Below, piece by piece: positions 37,196 through 41,788 of a stretch of 41,788 nt of DNA. A model generated the notes under the pieces. That model was not told the origin of the DNA, did not search any database, and saw nothing but the letters and a program-made list of their open reading frames with translations. Numbering within the stretch: the first letter of the stretch is position 1; every line of letters starts with the position of its first letter. This DNA is from Candidatus Zixiibacteriota bacterium (GTDB lineage: Bacteria > Zixibacteria > MSB-5A5 > CAIYYT01): NCBI GenBank assembly GCA_040235515.1, contig JBECKX010000217.1, positions 1 to 41,788 of the forward strand. Direction: 5' to 3'. The translations under genes and the position numbers were made by a program.

Positions 37196-39475
37196 TTAGT
37201 GTCCCACCCCGGTCACGGGTGATCGTGGTTGCTCCGTCGGTTCGAGGCTGTCAGGTCCCTTCGATTTCAGCGAATGACCAGTTGCGAGCCCGAAAATAAA
37301 GAGCACCAGCGCCAGAATCCCAATCGCGAAAATCGTGTCGCCCGGCGCGCGCAACCACTTGAAGATGGTGATTGCCTGGCTGTACAGGAAGTCTGCCGAG
37401 CGGGCTGACCAGTAGCCGGACTGCACCGATTCCCAGGTTTGCATAAACCCGATCGGCAGCAGGCTGATCAGCACCATCGCAGCCAGGCCGATGTTAATTG
37501 TCCAAAACGCGAACTTCAGCCACTTATCTTTCCAGTCACGGCGGACATACATCACACGCAGGCAGAAGAGCATCAGGCCGATCCCCAGCATTCCATACAC
37601 ACCAAAGAGCGCAGTATGGCCATGAACCGGCGTCGTGTTGAGGCCCTGCATATAGTAGAGCGCGATCGGCGGGTTGATCATGAAGCCGAATAAGCCCGCG
37701 CCAACCATATTCCAGAATGCCACCGCCACGAAGAAATAGATGGGCCATTTGTAGCGCGCTACCCAGGGTGTCGAGCGGGCAATTTTGATGTTATCCCACG
37801 CTTCGAATCCGATCAGGGTCAACGGGACGACTTCGAGTGCACTGAAGACTGCCCCCAACGCCATCACCGAGGTGGGGGTGCCCGCGAAGTAGAGATGATG
37901 CAGTGTGCCGATAATTCCGCCGGTAAGGAAGATCGTCGTCGACAAGATCACCGAGGCGTTGGCGGTCTTGAGCCTGATCAGCGAAAGCCGCGCGAAGAGG
38001 AAAGCAATCACGACCGTCGCGAAGACTTCGAAGAAGCCCTCCACCCAGAGGTGAATTACCCACCAGCGCCAGTACTCTGCAATCGCGAGGTGCGTGTTTT
38101 TGCCCCACATCAACCCGGCTGCATAGAACGCTCCGATTGCCACCGACGCGACCAGGAACATAACCATCATCGGTTTCTGTTCGCCACCCTTGTTGATGGC
38201 GGCTTTGATGCAACGACCAACGAGGAAGAGCCAGAGCATCAAGCCGATAAACAATCCAATCTGCCAGACTCGTCCCAGGTCGATATACTCGTACCCCTGA
38301 TGGCCGAAGTAAAACCACTGGTCACCGGTGAGCACACCCTTGACGCTCAGCAGTTCGCCTATCATTGAGCCAAGCACGACTACGATCAGTGCGCCAAACA
38401 GCACATTAACCCCGAGTCGTTGCCACTTCGGTTCAAAACCGCAGACCGCCGGCCCGATGTAAAGCCCCGCCGCCAGCCAGGCAGTGGCGATCCAGAAGAT
38501 GCCAAGCTGTGTATGCCAGGTGCGGGTGACGACGTAGGGGAGATATTCCGCCAGCGGAATGCCGTAGAAGCCTTCTCCCTCGACGCCATAGTGCGCCGAG
38601 ATTACCCCCATCACCATCTGCAGCAGGAACAACCCTGCCACCACCCAGAAGTACTTGATAATTGCTTTCTGCGACGGTGTCGGTTTGAACGACATAAGCG
38701 GGTCTTGTTCCGGGAGCTTCTCGGCAAGCGGCTCTTTCTGTTGTGATGCGTGCCACCACACCAGCAATCCGATTCCAGCCAGCAACATGATGATTGAAAA
38801 TCCGGTCCAGATGATCGTGTCGCTGGTCGGCTTATTGTCGATCAATGGCTCATGGGGCCAGTTGTTGGTGTAGGTGATCTTCGAGCCCGGTCGGTTGGTA
38901 CCGGCTGCCCAGGCACTCCAGAAAAAGAAATTGGAGAGCTTGCGCATATCCTCGGCGCTTTGAACCGAATTGGCCGGGATGGCGTAACGTTCATTGCCGT
39001 TCAGGAAGACTTCGCTGTAATGCTCATAGTTGGCAGCAAACGCCTCCGCGCGAATGTCAGGAATGGTCAAAGTGCCGGTTGCGGCATCGTAACTGTTCGT
39101 ACGCATCATCTTAGTGAGGCGAGCTTGCAGAGCCGCCTGCGTTTCCACATCAAGGTCATCGTAAGCAGTGCCATGTTCCGACTGCGCCCAACTGTTAAGG
39201 ATGTAAACGCACTCGCGGTGCAACCAATCTGCGGTCCAGTCGGGGGCGACGTAGGAGCCATGACCCCAGACGGAGCCGACCTCCATGCCACCCATAGCGC
39301 GCCAGACGCGTTGTCCGGCGTTGACGCCGTCAGGTCCAATCAGTACCTGTCCCGACTCGGTAACTACCTGCTCAGGTATCGGCGGTTTCTGTTGCCAGAT
39401 CTCAAATCCCTGCCAGCCAAGAATCGTGAACGAGACGATTATGACCGACCAAAAAGCAATCCAGTACTTTCTCAT
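37196..39475 (-). CDS. norB: quinol-dependent nitric oxide reductase (qNOR, NorB/NorZ)
   Basis: GSVWGHGSYVAPDWTADWLH, TNNWPHEP, RTWHTQL, HLWVEGFFEVF, GTLHHLYF, HGHTALFGVYG. Confidence 0.96.
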   Translation of the reverse strand: MRKYWIAFWSVIIVSFTILGWQGFEIWQQKPPIPEQVVTESGQVLIGPDGVNAGQRVWRAMGGMEVGSVWGHGSYVAPDWTADWLHRECVYILNSWAQSEHGTAYDDLDVETQAALQARLTKMMRTNSYDAATGTLTIPDIRAEAFAANYEHYSEVFLNGNERYAIPANSVQSAEDMRKLSNFFFWSAWAAGTNRPGSKITYTNNWPHEPLIDNKPTSDTIIWTGFSIIMLLAGIGLLVWWHASQQKEPLAEKLPEQDPLMSFKPTPSQKAIIKYFWVVAGLFLLQMVMGVISAHYGVEGEGFYGIPLAEYLPYVVTRTWHTQLGIFWIATAWLAAGLYIGPAVCGFEPKWQRLGVNVLFGALIVVVLGSMIGELLSVKGVLTGDQWFYFGHQGYEYIDLGRVWQIGLFIGLMLWLFLVGRCIKAAINKGGEQKPMMVMFLVASVAIGAFYAAGLMWGKNTHLAIAEYWRWWVIHLWVEGFFEVFATVVIAFLFARLSLIRLKTANASVILSTTIFLTGGIIGTLHHLYFAGTPTSVMALGAVFSALEVVPLTLIGFEAWDNIKIARSTPWVARYKWPIYFFVAVAFWNMVGAGLFGFMINPPIALYYMQGLNTTPVHGHTALFGVYGMLGIGLMLFCLRVMYVRRDWKDKWLKFAFWTINIGLAAMVLISLLPIGFMQTWESVQSGYWSARSADFLYSQAITIFKWLRAPGDTIFAIGILALVLFIFGLATGHSLKSKGPDSLEPTEQPRSPVTGVGH

Positions 39476-39542
39476 GATTCTACTCCCAAGAGGCGTGTAG
39501 ATTTATCCAATCGACTCCCCAGGTCCCAATCCATCTTCAGCC

Positions 39543-40163
39543 TTATCCTTTAGCTTCGTGTGAGCAGCAGCAGCTTCCCTGGCCCAAGAGCTTTTCAAGC
39601 TGCTGATGCGGCACGCCATACTCGATGGCGAGATCACGTGCCAGTGCGAGGTAACGCTCGTGGGTACCCTCGCCCATGTGCTCGCGCTCGGTCAGGTCGA
39701 ACTGGACGCGTAGCGCATCCAGCTCCGATTGAGAGAGCAGGTTTTCCGCGGCGGGGAACAGAATATTGTCCTCTTTCTGGATATGTGCACGCAATAGGGC
39801 GGCGTACCCCATCGCAGCCGTTGCATACGCTTTGACTGCCTCGGAGATGCCCTCTCCGGCGGCAGGGATAGCTTCGGACATCTGCCTGACGAACTCGCGC
39901 CCCATTTGGTGCTCGCGCAGCATCACCCCAACCGGTCCACCCTCGGTCGGCATGCCGGCAGACTCGAGAGAAGTGAAGAGATGGTCTTCCTCTTTGCCGT
40001 GGTGGCAGCGGTCGGCGAAGTTACGGATGAAGTCGATTACCTTCTCGGCTGCATCACGGTTCAGCTTTCCCGACTGCGAAGCTTCGCCGGCGATGCGTTC
40101 AAGGCAGGCGATCACGATTTCGATCACCCGGTGTTCGGTCTTCAGAATGTCAGTGAGTTGCAT
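39543..40163 (-). CDS. hemerythrin (HHE) domain protein
   Basis: GAAGGAG RBS before the ATG at 40163; EHRVI, HHGKEEDHLF, EHQMG, HIQKEDNILFP; C-terminal GSCCCSH. Confidence 0.9.
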   Translation of the reverse strand: MQLTDILKTEHRVIEIVIACLERIAGEASQSGKLNRDAAEKVIDFIRNFADRCHHGKEEDHLFTSLESAGMPTEGGPVGVMLREHQMGREFVRQMSEAIPAAGEGISEAVKAYATAAMGYAALLRAHIQKEDNILFPAAENLLSQSELDALRVQFDLTEREHMGEGTHERYLALARDLAIEYGVPHQQLEKLLGQGSCCCSHEAKG

Positions 40164-40229
40164 TGCTGGACTCCTTCCATATAAATTGAGATTTCTAAAT
40201 GATATATGATACATCTTGTTTTATAGCTG

Positions 40230-40244
40230 TAATCGCATGTGATT
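40230..40244. promoter_or_regulatory. candidate Rrf2 operator (copy upstream of hemerythrin)
   Basis: TAATCGCATGTGATT palindrome; near-identical inverted copy at 40699-40713. Confidence 0.5.
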
Positions 40245-40271
40245 GTCTGATTATGTTTGAAAAAAAGGGAC

Positions 40272-40682
40272 TCATACGCGCACCCTCTTGCTGGCGAGGT
40301 CAGCGATTGAGGTTGACTTGAGGAAGTCGAGATACTCCTCGCGCACCCTAGACCAGCGGTCATGTACCGCGCAGGGTCTCTTGTCGGAGCAATTGCCGTG
40401 GGTTAGAAAGCAACTCCCCCAGCGGCTGACATTATCGATCTGGTCGACGATCTCGTATAGCGCTATCTTGTCCGCCGCCCGCGCCAGCCGGAACCCGCCG
40501 CCGTAGCCTTTTTGGGAGGTGACAATCCCCTCATTTGCAAGCTGTTGCAGTAACTTCCCCAGGTAGTTCTGTGGCGCCTTGATTTCTTTGGCGATTGCTG
40601 CGGCACCGGCGTATTCGCCCTCGCTGAGTTTGGATAAAAGGGTAAGCGCTGTCAGGGCGTGCATGGCTGATTTCGAGATCAT
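40272..40682 (-). CDS. Rrf2 family Fe-S transcriptional regulator
   Basis: GAGGAG RBS; wHTH 'PQNYLGKLLQQL', 'SQKGYGGGF'; C-x6-C-x5-C-x2-H (CFLTHGNCSDKRPCAVH). Confidence 0.93.
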   Translation of the reverse strand: MISKSAMHALTALTLLSKLSEGEYAGAAAIAKEIKAPQNYLGKLLQQLANEGIVTSQKGYGGGFRLARAADKIALYEIVDQIDNVSRWGSCFLTHGNCSDKRPCAVHDRWSRVREEYLDFLKSTSIADLASKRVRV

Positions 40683-40698
40683 CTTCTCTCCTCTAAAC

Positions 40699-40713
40699 TA
40701 ATCACATGCGAAT
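40699..40713. promoter_or_regulatory. candidate Rrf2 autoregulatory operator
   Basis: TAATCACATGCGAAT between the RBS and a minus-strand TTGACA (40733-40738). Confidence 0.5.
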
Positions 40714-40782
40714 ATCCTATTTATCGGAAAAATGTCAAGAGATTTTTAGGGGAAATGTGAGAATTGTTGAAAAGGTGGGTCG

Positions 40783-40800
40783 CCCACAGCTTGCTGTGGG
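40783..40800. repeat. REP/IS200-end-like palindrome
   Basis: CCCACAGC-TT-GCTGTGGG perfect 8-bp stem. Confidence 0.45.
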
Positions 40801-41023
40801 ATCCTCCAGGAGAGATGCATATTGCCAGGACTCCGACGTTATGACGATTATCGGCGACCCGGCCGTTCAGCTCGCCTGATTTTGCTATTGCACAAAACCG
40901 TAATATCGACGTTATTATCCACATAGAGAATGTTTGCCATAAACTAATCTCAGATTCTGGGGGTATCCGCTGCTTCGCTGTCATGAGCGGGAGCGGACGG
41001 GCCAGAAGGGGGGGAGATATCTC

Positions 41024-41788
41024 ATGAAGCTACGTTGGTTACGCACATTTTGGATCGTCGTCGGATTCGTTGCATGTGCCACGGGGATTGCATCGGCGGC
41101 TGAACCTGTTTTTCTGGGCTATGGCACCAATCCGAAATGGTCACCCTCCGGGAATCAGATTTCGATCGTAACGGAGGGAGGCTTCGATATCTATCGAGTA
41201 GACCCACCATCGAAAATCTGTTCCGTTCGCAGCCCTGCACCGTGGCACTACTACTGGTATAACGAGGATACTCTCGCAGTCTATTTCAAAGAGTATACGA
41301 AATCTAACAAACCCAAAAATCAATTTCCAATAGGCATCAATAGCATCTTATCTCTTTCGGGAGAGCTGACAGAGATATCCCGTGACACGGCGTTCATGCC
41401 CCGAACCTATATAACACCTTGGAAGAAGTTGCCTAGTGGAGACATTGGTTTCTTTCGCGTGATTGATGGGGGTCCGTGAGCAGTATTACAGCTTGGAGGA
41501 TGGTCAACCAAGAGCTGCGTCTGCAGATACGAGCCAGCTCGTCGACTGCGAAAAGAGGTTCTCTCATCTTAAGCCGCAGATGCAAGTGACTCCCTCTCCG
41601 AAGTGCGGGAAGGCAGTATCGGTGCGGAGAACTGATGGTGCGATAGTCATAGTTGATTCATCTGGAATTGAACAGACTCGCATTGGCGCGCGAATCACTA
41701 AACTCGACAAGGGGCGTTTTCGCTACCTTACGTTCCCGCTTTGGTCTGCGTCCGAGATATATTTGACACTTCTTGAGGAGATTGAGGA
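41024..41788 (+). pseudogene. exported TolB-like beta-propeller gene with apparent frameshift at the G5 tract (41468-41472); runs off the window end
   Basis: signal peptide, 'NPKWSPSGNQI'; stop at 41477-41479, but the +1 frame is open from 41463 to the window end (VREQYYSLEDG...PSPKCGK...FPLWSASEIYL). Confidence 0.6.

Noticed and set aside
41477..41572. selenocysteine/TGA readthrough of the 41024 ORF
   Set aside because: In-frame continuation stops after 30 codons, while the +1 frame is long and propeller-like

Overview
Chromosomal window of about 57% GC (estimated by eye) from a Gram-negative bacterium. The dockerin-like motif 'GDxDGxxxVxIxDAVxLINxIFxGGPxP' suggests candidate phylum Zixibacteria or a relative (inference). 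There is no rRNA, tRNA, CRISPR array or transposase. Left part: a glycine-cleavage cluster (gcvH, gcvPA, gcvPB; no gcvT) split by two DUF2007-like genes and a thioredoxin-TPR gene; an orphan double-ATPase ECF subunit; a PDZ-only protein with an ECF-sigma-like promoter; and a minus-strand exosortase/EpsI locus with sugar-nucleotide enzymes and a UbiA-family phosphoribosyltransferase. Middle: three secreted dockerin-bearing proteins with no recognisable glycoside hydrolase domain, plus a possible cohesin; a phage-fibre-like decapeptide-repeat protein paired with a small dockerin partner; and rtcA followed by a degenerate SBP, a sensor kinase and a sigma54 regulator. Right part: lgt, a divergent def that probably starts at CTG, a PQQ dehydrogenase, a hisN-like phosphatase, a hybrid PAS kinase, a Ni/Co permease, a minimal protein kinase, a GTAG-type REP doublet, an Rrf2-hemerythrin-qNOR NO-detoxification module with a repeated candidate operator, and a TolB-like gene frameshifted at a G5 tract. 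Best novelty candidates are the fibre + dockerin-anchor pair and wider cohesin/dockerin surface system, a structured intergenic RNA at about 17.7 kb, and the Rrf2 operator. All family assignments come from motif recognition by eye; no searches were run.
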